This document shows, piece by piece, positions 52,202 through 60,744 of a stretch of DNA of 64,000 nucleotides (position 1 is the stretch's first letter; every line of letters starts with the position of its first letter). The position numbers were made by a program, and so were the translations under genes. Location: positions 768,001 through 832,000 of the forward strand of contig CAVZRV010000007.1 of assembly GCA_963777605.1 (NCBI GenBank), written 5' to 3'. Source of the stretch: an uncultured Acidobacteriota bacterium. Its GTDB lineage: Bacteria; Acidobacteriota; UBA6911; RPQK01; JAPXNP01. Below the pieces are notes generated by a model. That model searched no databases and was not told where the DNA came from. It saw only the letters and a program-made list of their open reading frames with translations.

Positions 52202-53218
52202 ATGGAAAAAGCTGGAAAAGTAAGATGGGGAGTCCTTGGCGCGGCCAAGATCGCCCTCGAAAAAGTGATCCCCGCGATGCAGCAGGGGATGATGAGCGAA
52301 GTCGTTGCCATCGCTTCGCGTTCGATCGACAAGTCCCGCGCGGCCGCCGACCGCCTCGGGATCTCCCTGGCCTACGGCAGTTACGAGGAACTCCTGGCGG
52401 ACCCCGGGGTTGAGGCCGTCTACAATCCGCTCCCCAACCACCTCCACGTTCCCTGGACAGTCGCCGCCGCACGGGCCGGCAAGCACGTACTCTGCGAGAA
52501 GCCTCTGGCTCTTTCGGCAGAAGAGGCATGCGAGTTGATCCGGGTTCAGGAAGAGACCGGCGTCCTGATCGAAGAGGCCTTCATGGTGCGCACCCATCCT
52601 CAATGGCTCCGCGCTCGAGAACTGGTTCGCAGCGGCCGGATCGGCACGCTCCGGGCGATCCAGGGAGCCTTTTCCTACTACAACGTGGATCCTCTGAATG
52701 TTCGGAATGTTCCGGAATACGGGGGCGGAGGATTGATGGATATCGGTTGCTACCCCATCACCACTTCCCGATTCGTCACCGACCGGGAACCGACCAGAGT
52801 CCTGGGGATTATCGAGCGGGATCTCAAGTTCAAGGTCGATATCCTGGCTTCCGCGATTCTCGACTTCGGGGGCATTCAGTCATCGTTTGTCTGTTCCACC
52901 CAAATGGTCCCGTACCAACGAATGCATTTCTTCGGGACAAAAGGGCGGATCGAGATTGAAGTCCCGTTCAACGCTCCCCCAGATCGTCCCTGCAGGGTAA
53001 TGGTCAGCGAGGGCGACCTCTTCGGGCGCGACCTGGAGATCTTCGAATTGCCGGTCTGCGACCAGTACACGATTCAGGGAGACCGCTTCTCAGACTCCGT
53101 TCGCACCGGAACTCCCGTCGCAGTTTCGCTGAAAAATTCAATCCTGAACATGGCCGTCATCGACGCCCTGTTCAAGTCGGGAGAAACGGGCAATTGGGAG
53201 ATTCCGGCCCGTCCCTGA
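52202..53218 (+). CDS. Gfo/Idh/MocA oxidoreductase
   Basis: WGVLGAAKIA, PLPNHLH, HVLCEKP, GGLMDIGCY. Confidence 0.92.
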   Translation: MEKAGKVRWGVLGAAKIALEKVIPAMQQGMMSEVVAIASRSIDKSRAAADRLGISLAYGSYEELLADPGVEAVYNPLPNHLHVPWTVAAARAGKHVLCEKPLALSAEEACELIRVQEETGVLIEEAFMVRTHPQWLRARELVRSGRIGTLRAIQGAFSYYNVDPLNVRNVPEYGGGGLMDIGCYPITTSRFVTDREPTRVLGIIERDLKFKVDILASAILDFGGIQSSFVCSTQMVPYQRMHFFGTKGRIEIEVPFNAPPDRPCRVMVSEGDLFGRDLEIFELPVCDQYTIQGDRFSDSVRTGTPVAVSLKNSILNMAVIDALFKSGETGNWEIPARP

Positions 53219-53251
53219 GCCGGGCCCGCGGCGCTCCTACGGAGGTAACAC

Positions 53252-53959
53252 ATGGTTCTGATCTCAACTTTGATTCTGGCACTTTCAGCATTAGCGACTC
53301 CTCCCCCTTCCAGTTGTGAGGTCCTCCGGACCGGGGGGGCCATAAACGTGGACGGAGTGCTCAACGAAGCCTCCTGGAAGGCAGCCCAACCGCTTCACTT
53401 CGTCGACAGTGCCACCGGGCAGCCAAGCAACCTTAAGACCAGTGCCTGGGTCCTCTGGGACGACGAGTACCTCTACTTCGCCTTTGAAAGTTACGACGAG
53501 AACATTTGGGCCACGATGAAGAAGCGGGACGAGCACCTGTGGACCGAGGAAGTGGACGAAGTGTTCCTCCAGCCCGATCCCAGCCACCCGAACTACATCG
53601 AACTCGAGGTCAACCCCCTGGGCACCATGCTCGACATCTATCTGATCGATGTCCGGAAGCCCCTCCCTTATGAAAGCTGGAACCCTGCCGGGATCAAATG
53701 GGCAGTCAACGTCGAGGGGACAGTCGACGGCAAACCGGGAGACCGAAAATGGACCTGCGAAATCGCTTTTCCACTTGCCGATGCGGTCACCGCACCGCAC
53801 ATCCCACCCCAGGATGGCGACCGCTGGAAGATGAACCTCTACCGGGTTGAAAGCAAGCCGCAGCCGGCCGGGCTGGCCTGGTCACCGACGCTGAAAAGAG
53901 ATTTTCACGTGCCCCAGCGCTTCGGTGACATCATTTTTCGCAATCGAAAGGTGAACTAG
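53252..53959 (+). CDS. Secreted CBM9-like (DOMON-like) carbohydrate-binding protein
   Basis: Signal peptide, INVDGVLNEASW, LWDDEYLYFAF, EVNPLG, WKMNLYR, FHVPQRFG. Confidence 0.85.
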   Translation: MVLISTLILALSALATPPPSSCEVLRTGGAINVDGVLNEASWKAAQPLHFVDSATGQPSNLKTSAWVLWDDEYLYFAFESYDENIWATMKKRDEHLWTEEVDEVFLQPDPSHPNYIELEVNPLGTMLDIYLIDVRKPLPYESWNPAGIKWAVNVEGTVDGKPGDRKWTCEIAFPLADAVTAPHIPPQDGDRWKMNLYRVESKPQPAGLAWSPTLKRDFHVPQRFGDIIFRNRKVN

Positions 53960-53985
53960 TGGTCCGTTCCCGAAGTGACCACTAG
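53956..53985. repeat. 30-bp inverted repeat bounded by CTAG, carrying the stops of both convergent genes
   Basis: CTAGTGGTC-N12-GACCACTAG. Confidence 0.6.
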
Positions 53986-54491
53986 AGCGAAAGTCCAAGT
54001 CGGTTCAGCAGCTTGGGAGAGATGAGCCAGTTCAGTGTGCCGCAGCCCGGCCCGCAGTTCTCCCAACGATCAAGGGCGAGTTTGACCCAGGCGAGAGAGG
54101 AGGTGGGTAGTTTGAAGCTTCCGCCTCCGACTACCGCACTCAGAAAATCTTCCTGGCCAGGGTTGTGCCCGACCAGGATGACCCGGTCGAGGTCGTCCGG
54201 GAGCCTTCGGATGAATTCCTGGATGCCTTTTCGGTCGGCCAGGTAAAGCCGCTTCTCGAACTCGGACGGACACCCCCACTTGCCCGATTCCATGGCGAGC
54301 TCCAATGTATGCCGCGCGCGTTCGGCCGAACTGGAGTAGGCAGCCTCAGGGACTATTCCTGCCGCCGAGACAAACTTGCCCATCAGTCGCGCCGCTTCCA
54401 GACCCCGACTGGCCAGAGGCCGATCGTGGTCATCCTTGAGCGCACCTTTCCAGTCGGATTTCGCGTGTCTAAGAAGTCCCAATTCTTTCAA
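53982..54491 (-). CDS. sixA: SixA-type phosphohistidine phosphatase
   Basis: RHAKS, RPL..RG, SSAERA, VGHNP; GAGGAG RBS upstream of the TTG start. Confidence 0.88.
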   Translation of the reverse strand: MKELGLLRHAKSDWKGALKDDHDRPLASRGLEAARLMGKFVSAAGIVPEAAYSSSAERARHTLELAMESGKWGCPSEFEKRLYLADRKGIQEFIRRLPDDLDRVILVGHNPGQEDFLSAVVGGGSFKLPTSSLAWVKLALDRWENCGPGCGTLNWLISPKLLNRLGLSL

Positions 54492-54618
54492 AATGCGACT
54501 CTCCTCTCTGAATCTGAACCGAAAAACCAGGCCCCGTCTGCTAGACTATGAGCGTGTCAGCATTCGAGAACGCTGATTTTCCCGTTCCAAGTTCATCCAA
54601 CCGGAGGCTGCGACTGCC

Positions 54619-56769
54619 ATGCCGACCAAGAACCGGGCAAAAGAGGTGGCTGAAAACCACCGCAAGTCAAGCAGCCCTAATCTAAATCACCAAACCTATT
54701 ATTTCAATCGCGAGCTGAGCTGGTTGGAGTTCAACCGGCGGGTCCTTTCTGAGGCCCTGGACCCCAAGATTCCTCTCCTGGAACGAGTTAAGTTTCTCGC
54801 GATCTTTTTCAGCAACCTCGACGAGTTCTTCATGATCCGGGTCTCCGGGCTGAAACGGCAGTTGACGAGCGGAGCGCTGAAGCCCCCTCCCGACGGCCTG
54901 ACCCCGGCCCAGCAATTGAACCGGATTCGAGACGAGGTGCTCCCCCTGCTCGACACGGCGGAACGCTGCTGGCGCGAACAGTTGCAGCCGATGCTGTGCG
55001 AGCAAGGAATCCGCGTGGTGCCACACGCGTCACTGCGGAAGAACCAGATCCGACTCCTTCGAAGGCACTTCACTCGGGAGGTATTCCCAATCCTGACTCC
55101 CCTGGCTTTTGATCCGGGTCATCCCTTCCCCCACATATCGAGCCTCAGCGTCAATCTGGCCGTGATCGTCAAAGATCCGAAGCTCGGCAGACGGTTCGCG
55201 CGACTGAAGGTTCCCCACATCCTGCCTCGCCTGATTCGGGTTCCCAACGCCAAAGAGGAGGCTGACGGACAGAGAGAGGGGCTTGACGAAGCCGGCTCCA
55301 TCGAACTGGTCTGGCTCGAGGAACTGATTGCTGCCAATCTCGATCTGCTCTTTCCCGGGTTGGAGGTCGTCGCCGTACACCCGTTCCGGGTCACAAGAAA
55401 TGCCGACGTTGAGATCGAGGAAGACGAAGCGGCGGATCTCCTCGAGGCCGCCAAGGAGATGGTCGGACAGCGGCGCTTTGGATTCGCAATCCGACTTGAA
55501 GTCGATCCTCGCATGCCAAAAGAGTTCTTGAGCATCCTGGTAGGAAATCTTGACTTGGCATCCTATCAGATCTATCTCACCGAAGGTCCGGTCGGTCCGA
55601 CCGATCTCATGCAGTTGACCGGGCTCGACCGGCCCGATCTCAAAGATCCACCGTTTCAACCGGTTGTGCCCGCCCTACTGACGACCGAGAAGAACATCTT
55701 CTCGGTTATCCGCCGGCGGAATGTCCTTCTTTACCATCCCTACGACAGCTTCAGCCCGGTCGTTGATTTCATCCGGCAGGCCGCTCACGACCCGGACGTC
55801 CTGGCGATCAAGCAGACACTCTATCGGGTTGGTCCCAACTCGCCGATCGTTCGCGAGCTCAAAGAAGCCCGGGAAAACAACAAGCAGGTGGCCACACTCG
55901 TTGAACTTAAAGCTCGCTTTGATGAAGAGAACAACATCGAGTGGGCCAAGGAACTGGAAGATGTTGGGGTCCACGTAGTCTATGGGCTCCTCGGACTCAA
56001 GGTCCACTGCAAGATGTGCATGGTGGTGCGGAGGGAACGCGAAGGACTGGTCCGCTACGTCCATCTCGGAACCGGGAACTACAACCCGGTCACGGCCAGG
56101 ATCTACACTGATCTGGGTCTGTTCACGTGCGATCCGGAAATTGCTTCCGACGTGGCCGACCTGTTCAATGCCCTCACCGGGTATTCACGTCAAAGGAAGT
56201 ACCACAAGCTCCTGGTCGCTCCCGAGTTCATGCAGGAAGCGATGATCTCCAGGATTCACCGGGAGATTGAGACTCACAAGAAGCACGGCAACGGCCACCT
56301 GGCCTTCAAAATGAACGCCCTCGTGGACAAGTCCTGTATCCGGGCGCTGTACCAGGCATCGCAGGCCGGCGTCCGCGTAGACCTCCAGGTTCGCGGCATC
56401 TGTTGCCTGAAACCGGGCGTTCCCCGCGTGAGCGAAAACATCCGAGTCACATCAGTTGTGGGACGCTTCCTGGAGCACACTCGCATTTACTACTTCCACA
56501 ATGGAGGCAACGAGGAGATCCTCCTCGGCAGCGCCGACCTGATGCCCCGAAATTTGAAGGGCCGCGTGGAAGTTCTCTTTCCGCTCGAGGAAGCCACCAT
56601 CAAGCAGGCGCTCCGCGACGAAATCCTCCAGGTCCACCTGCGGGACAACCACAAGTGCTGGGAACTTGATCCCGACGGAACCTACCGCAAGATGTCACCC
56701 GGACCTTCCGAGGAGGGAGTTGACTCCCAGCAGCTTCGCATCGACCACCCGGGAAGCTGGCATGGCTAG
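54619..56769 (+). CDS. ppk1: Polyphosphate kinase 1
   Basis: NRELSWLEFN, NLDEFFMIRV, HPFPHI, HPYDSF, ELKARFDEE, KVHCK, GTGNYN, RFLEH, SADLMPRN. Confidence 0.98.
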   Translation: MPTKNRAKEVAENHRKSSSPNLNHQTYYFNRELSWLEFNRRVLSEALDPKIPLLERVKFLAIFFSNLDEFFMIRVSGLKRQLTSGALKPPPDGLTPAQQLNRIRDEVLPLLDTAERCWREQLQPMLCEQGIRVVPHASLRKNQIRLLRRHFTREVFPILTPLAFDPGHPFPHISSLSVNLAVIVKDPKLGRRFARLKVPHILPRLIRVPNAKEEADGQREGLDEAGSIELVWLEELIAANLDLLFPGLEVVAVHPFRVTRNADVEIEEDEAADLLEAAKEMVGQRRFGFAIRLEVDPRMPKEFLSILVGNLDLASYQIYLTEGPVGPTDLMQLTGLDRPDLKDPPFQPVVPALLTTEKNIFSVIRRRNVLLYHPYDSFSPVVDFIRQAAHDPDVLAIKQTLYRVGPNSPIVRELKEARENNKQVATLVELKARFDEENNIEWAKELEDVGVHVVYGLLGLKVHCKMCMVVRREREGLVRYVHLGTGNYNPVTARIYTDLGLFTCDPEIASDVADLFNALTGYSRQRKYHKLLVAPEFMQEAMISRIHREIETHKKHGNGHLAFKMNALVDKSCIRALYQASQAGVRVDLQVRGICCLKPGVPRVSENIRVTSVVGRFLEHTRIYYFHNGGNEEILLGSADLMPRNLKGRVEVLFPLEEATIKQALRDEILQVHLRDNHKCWELDPDGTYRKMSPGPSEEGVDSQQLRIDHPGSWHG

Positions 56770-56827
56770 TGTCCCGTCACGCATCATATGACGATTTCAG
56801 AGCCCCGGATGCGTGACAGGACACTAG
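56766..56827. mobile_element. 62-bp MITE-like element with IS630-like ends
   Basis: 20-bp terminal inverted repeats with one mismatch (CTAGTGTCCCGTCACGCATC / GATGCGTGACAGGACACTAG); 51/62 identical without gaps to 60683-60744. Confidence 0.75.
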
Positions 56828-57567
56828 CGGGCCTTCGACTGGATCTCCTTCCAGAGTGCCTCAAAGGCTTTTGAAGGCGGGCTCGAGGCCGCAAAAACGG
56901 GAAGCGGAGCCCGGTGGATGCCCATCTGTTCCACCTGGCTGGAGTAAGGGATCTTGCTCGTCAGGAATGGGAGCGGCCTGTCAGGAGGGTTGTCAACGGT
57001 TTCCCGATGCAGGGTCTTACGCCGGTCAACCATGCTGAAAAACGGCCATGCCTTCCCTGCGTTCAGGTTCTGTTTGTCCATGAAATCAGCAATCAGATCG
57101 AGCGACCTGAGGGAGAGAGGGGTCGGGATGGTGGGGATCACGACCAGGTCGACCGAGTGAAGAAGCGCCTCCGAGACGATTGAAAGACCCGGGGCGCAGT
57201 CGATGATGACGGTGTCATATTCGCGGCTCAACGTCTTCAGGATTCGCTGAATGCGTTTGAAGGCATCGTCTTTCTTGCTCAGCACCAGATCGAGCTTTCG
57301 GTAGGAGAAGTCGCCGGGAAGCAAATCAAACCCGGGAAAGTCGGTTCCGCGAATGTACTTGTCGAGGTCGGTCTTCTTCTTGACCAGCTGTTTGCCGCCA
57401 CCCGCGATCCGGGCCTGAATTCGGAGGTAGAAGGTAGCCGACGACTGCGGGTCCAGGTCCCACATCACGGTCCGGTTGCCCGCCGTAGAAGCCAGATAGG
57501 ACAGGTTGACCGCCGTTGCGGTCTTGCCCACGCCGCCCTTTATGCTGTATACCGCGATTGTCGCCAC
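56824..57567 (-). CDS. ParA/MinD-family ATPase (no ParB in the window)
   Basis: Deviant Walker A KGGVGKT, DLDPQSSAT, IIDCAPG; GTG start 10 nt after the CHAD stop with a GGGGAA RBS. Confidence 0.92.
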   Translation of the reverse strand: MATIAVYSIKGGVGKTATAVNLSYLASTAGNRTVMWDLDPQSSATFYLRIQARIAGGGKQLVKKKTDLDKYIRGTDFPGFDLLPGDFSYRKLDLVLSKKDDAFKRIQRILKTLSREYDTVIIDCAPGLSIVSEALLHSVDLVVIPTIPTPLSLRSLDLIADFMDKQNLNAGKAWPFFSMVDRRKTLHRETVDNPPDRPLPFLTSKIPYSSQVEQMGIHRAPLPVFAASSPPSKAFEALWKEIQSKAR

Positions 57568-57577
57568 CTTGTTCCCC

Positions 57578-59140
57578 CTAGTCGACGCGATTCCGCCGTC
57601 GCGTAAGCTCCTTCTTGAGTACCTTCTTCCTCGATCGGTTCGCGAACAGGTTGAATCTGTCGCTGAAGTACCGTCGCAGCGCCTGTTGACTCGTTTCCAT
57701 CTGCTCGAGGAGACGCCCCGCAACGAGGAAAGTCCGGGCGGGGATTTCCTTTTCAGCCCAGGCCTCATCGACGTAGGTCTTCAGGTTCTGGTACTGGACG
57801 TGACAGTCATTGAAGTCCCCCAGAATGTCCTGGAGTCCTTTCAAGTCGCTGATCAACCCACTCATGAGTGGCCGCGGGTACAGGCTCTTGAAGAACTCGA
57901 GCAGATACCGCAGCTTCTTGCAGTCGATTCGCAGCTGGTGAAGCAGCCGGGGCTCCGCCGATGCGCTCAGTCCGGCGCCCTCCCGGAGGATCCTTCTATA
58001 GATCTTCCAGATCTTCGGCGATGCCAGCTCGTAGACCGTCTCCCGGCCTCGATCGGCGCGAAACGATTCCTCCCGGTGCAACGCATTGTCCCAGTCCGAG
58101 ACAAGTTCCCGGTAGCGGGCGCCGCGAATGAGTGCCCCCAGCCGTTCCCCTTCCACCTGCTGCCGGTGTCGCAGCAGTTGGATCAGTGGCGCCAGATCTT
58201 CGGCTTCCTCGACAACGCGCCGTGCCTTCAACTGCTCCAGCTTGATCAGGAAGACATCCAGGTCTCGCTTCTTACCCGTTGACTGACCCAACCACCGAAA
58301 CTCTTCATTGAAGCTTTCCAGGAGCTGTGGGTCGAGGTGCTCTTTGGACCTACTCAAGAGCGCCCGGGTTCGTCGCACGGAAACTCGAAAATCATGAAGG
58401 AATTCCGGGTCCAGCTCCGAACAGACTCCCGCTTCGTTGATCCGCATGGTGCCGAGGAGCTGCAGGAAGAGCAACCTCAACGCTGCCGCAGCGGGCATTG
58501 CCGGCTCCAGCTGAAAGTTGAGCTTCGAGGAGTAGTCAAGCGGGGTTTCCCCCGAAACGTACAGCGCCGCCTCGAAAAATGGCGCCCGAACGGGTTCGCC
58601 AGAGAGGTCTCCGACCAGATCGGTCAATTCCCGGTGCACCGCTTCGAAACCCCGAACCGGGAGCACGCGCACCCACTGCGGCAACGCCCTCGACTTCTTG
58701 TTCCGGAACGTTGCCCGAACTCTTCCCTCCAGCAGGAGCAGAATGGCGGTGACCTTCTCTCGTTCATCCAGGATACGCACTTCCCAACCCGAGTAGTTCA
58801 AGGTCAGCCGGTGAAGCAGGCGACGCACACCCACCGCGTTCTCAATACGCTTGCTGAGTGGGGATGGCTCAAGATCCGAGCAGAACGAGGGGGGACGCGC
58901 CTGACTCACGGATGCAACGGTCTCGCCTCCGAGGCGGGCCAGGGAAAGCACCGCCCCAAGCTGAGAAGACTCCCACCTCAGGGCAAGCCCGTTGGAAAAA
59001 AGCCCCCAGTCGAAACTGTCCAGGTAGAGTTGGCGGCGCTCCGGAATGTGCGTGACCGCCACTTTGAACGATTGGGCGACGTGCGCAATCAGGCTTTCGG
59101 GATCTCTATCGATACTGAAAAGTCGTTCCTGGAAACTCAT
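57578..59140 (-). CDS. CHAD-domain polyphosphate-binding protein with a degenerate N-terminal CYTH-like domain
   Basis: LHDFRVSVRRTRALL, RDLDVF, LHQLRIDCKKLRYLLEFF, LQDILGDFND; N-terminal YLDSFDWGL...LALR. Confidence 0.9.
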   Translation of the reverse strand: MSFQERLFSIDRDPESLIAHVAQSFKVAVTHIPERRQLYLDSFDWGLFSNGLALRWESSQLGAVLSLARLGGETVASVSQARPPSFCSDLEPSPLSKRIENAVGVRRLLHRLTLNYSGWEVRILDEREKVTAILLLLEGRVRATFRNKKSRALPQWVRVLPVRGFEAVHRELTDLVGDLSGEPVRAPFFEAALYVSGETPLDYSSKLNFQLEPAMPAAAALRLLFLQLLGTMRINEAGVCSELDPEFLHDFRVSVRRTRALLSRSKEHLDPQLLESFNEEFRWLGQSTGKKRDLDVFLIKLEQLKARRVVEEAEDLAPLIQLLRHRQQVEGERLGALIRGARYRELVSDWDNALHREESFRADRGRETVYELASPKIWKIYRRILREGAGLSASAEPRLLHQLRIDCKKLRYLLEFFKSLYPRPLMSGLISDLKGLQDILGDFNDCHVQYQNLKTYVDEAWAEKEIPARTFLVAGRLLEQMETSQQALRRYFSDRFNLFANRSRKKVLKKELTRRRNRVD

Positions 59141-59405
59141 GAAGTCAGAAAGGATGACAGTTCATTCTCTCAAATGGCATTCAGCCTATACAGAACCTTG
59201 CCCCGTGTAAAGGTAACACCTTCGGGTCTACGGGCGGCGCCCTGGCCCTGATTACGCGGCAGTGACCGCAACTCAACCCGAAAATCCGGAATGTGATTCC
59301 ATTCCGCCGGTAATTGCCTTTCGAGCAGTGCGGAATTAGTATCAGACAGAATTCACCGACTCAGTAAATCAACAAGCCGATTCGATAAGGGAAAGGAGAG
59401 CTGAA

Positions 59406-60584
59406 ATGGCTGATCGCACACTGAACGTTGGACTGATTGGCGGTGGGGCGGGTGCCTTCATCGTTCATCCCCATCAGCGGGCAATCCACATGGACGGAAC
59501 ACGCAGAGTCGTCTGCGGGGCCCTTCACCCGGATCCGGAGACCGCCCTCCGGGAAGCAGACGCCTGGCCCTACGCGATCCGAGGATATCGCAGTTACTCG
59601 GAAATGATTGAGAAGGAGTCCCGGTTGCCCGAAGGGGAACGGATGGATTATGTCCTCATCGTGACCCCCAATCACGTCCACCACGGCCCCGCGGTCGAAT
59701 CCCTGAACGCCGGCTTCCCGGTCTTCTGTGAGAAACCACTGACCTTGACTCTGGACGAGTCGGACGACCTGGTCCGGATCGTGAACGAGCGGAAGATCCC
59801 TTTCTGTGTCGCTCACACCTACCTGGGACACTGGACCTCCCGGCTCTCTCGTCACATCATCCGCTCAGGTTTGCTCGGCAAAGTGCGTTGGGTGGACGCA
59901 CATTACATTCAGGGATGGCTGGCCAGTCGCGCGGAAGACAAGGGCGTAGTCCAGGCGGAGTGGCGAGTTGACCCGGCCCGCGCGGGCCTCAGTGGCTGCG
60001 GTGGCGATATCGGGACTCATGCCCTGATGCAGCTACGCTATGTGACGGGACTCGAGGTAACCCGAATTCAGGCCTTTCTGGAGAAGTTCGTGGCGGGTCG
60101 AAGGCTGGACGACCACTTCACCGCTTACGGCATTCTCAGCAACGGTGGGAAAGCCCTTATTCGCTGCTCCCAGATCAGCATTGGGCACAAGAACGACTGC
60201 GGTATCGAGGTCATTTGCGAGAAAGGAACCCTGGTCTGGAACCAGGAAGAAGCGGAATGCCTTCGGATCCATCTTCCCGGTCAACCCGATCGCGTCTACT
60301 GGCGGGGTGAGGTCCAGGCCAACGACGGATTCCTCGGCGACGTTCCGGCCAGTCTCCTCGCGGAACCCACCGTGCCTTCCGGGCACCCCGAAGGGTTCCA
60401 CGACGCCTTCGCCCGGTTGCACCGCTGTTTTGAAACGGACGTCAGGGCGTACCTCAAGAGGACCTTCTCGGGACAGGACGGGTCCCAATACGCGACAGTT
60501 GAAGACGGTCGCAAGGGCATCGCATTCCTAGTCGCTGCGGTCGAAAGCAACAACCAGGATCACTGCTGGGTAGACGTCCCCTAA
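59406..60584 (+). CDS. Gfo/Idh/MocA oxidoreductase
   Basis: GLIGGGAGAFI, VTPNHVH, CEKP, YIQGWL, GDIGTHA, PSGHPEG. Confidence 0.92.
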   Translation: MADRTLNVGLIGGGAGAFIVHPHQRAIHMDGTRRVVCGALHPDPETALREADAWPYAIRGYRSYSEMIEKESRLPEGERMDYVLIVTPNHVHHGPAVESLNAGFPVFCEKPLTLTLDESDDLVRIVNERKIPFCVAHTYLGHWTSRLSRHIIRSGLLGKVRWVDAHYIQGWLASRAEDKGVVQAEWRVDPARAGLSGCGGDIGTHALMQLRYVTGLEVTRIQAFLEKFVAGRRLDDHFTAYGILSNGGKALIRCSQISIGHKNDCGIEVICEKGTLVWNQEEAECLRIHLPGQPDRVYWRGEVQANDGFLGDVPASLLAEPTVPSGHPEGFHDAFARLHRCFETDVRAYLKRTFSGQDGSQYATVEDGRKGIAFLVAAVESNNQDHCWVDVP

Positions 60585-60587
60585 ACG

Positions 60588-60619
60588 AAAAAAGGCGGGC
60601 AGGTTCAACCCGCCCGCCT
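60588..60619 (-). terminator. Intrinsic terminator (minus strand)
   Basis: AGGCGGGC/GCCCGCCT stem preceded by an A6 run on the + strand; a second hairpin GACCGCGC/GCGCGGTC lies at 60632-60656. Confidence 0.7.
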
Positions 60620-60682
60620 CAACTCCTCCGGGACCGCGCCCATGAGATGCGCGGTCTTCTCACCGCTTGATCCGGTCGATAA

Positions 60683-60744
60683 TTAGTGTCCTGTCACACA
60701 AGGTATGGCGCTTTCAGAGCCCCGCATGCGTGTCAGGAGACTAG
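60683..60744. mobile_element. 62-bp MITE-like element, diverged copy
   Basis: TTAGTGTCCTGTCAC...GTGTCAGGAGACTAG, same length as and collinear with 56766-56827; the right CTAG holds the TPR gene stop. Confidence 0.72.

Noticed and set aside
59138-59162. Possible PHO box (CTGTCAT) upstream of the CHAD gene
   Set aside because: There is a single half-site; the second repeat is off the 11-bp period and abuts the start codon.
59190-59275. Possible c-di-GMP-I riboswitch-like segment (GGGTCTACGGG...)
   Set aside because: It lacks the GGCAAA...GAAA...GACGCAAA core; only a short resemblance.
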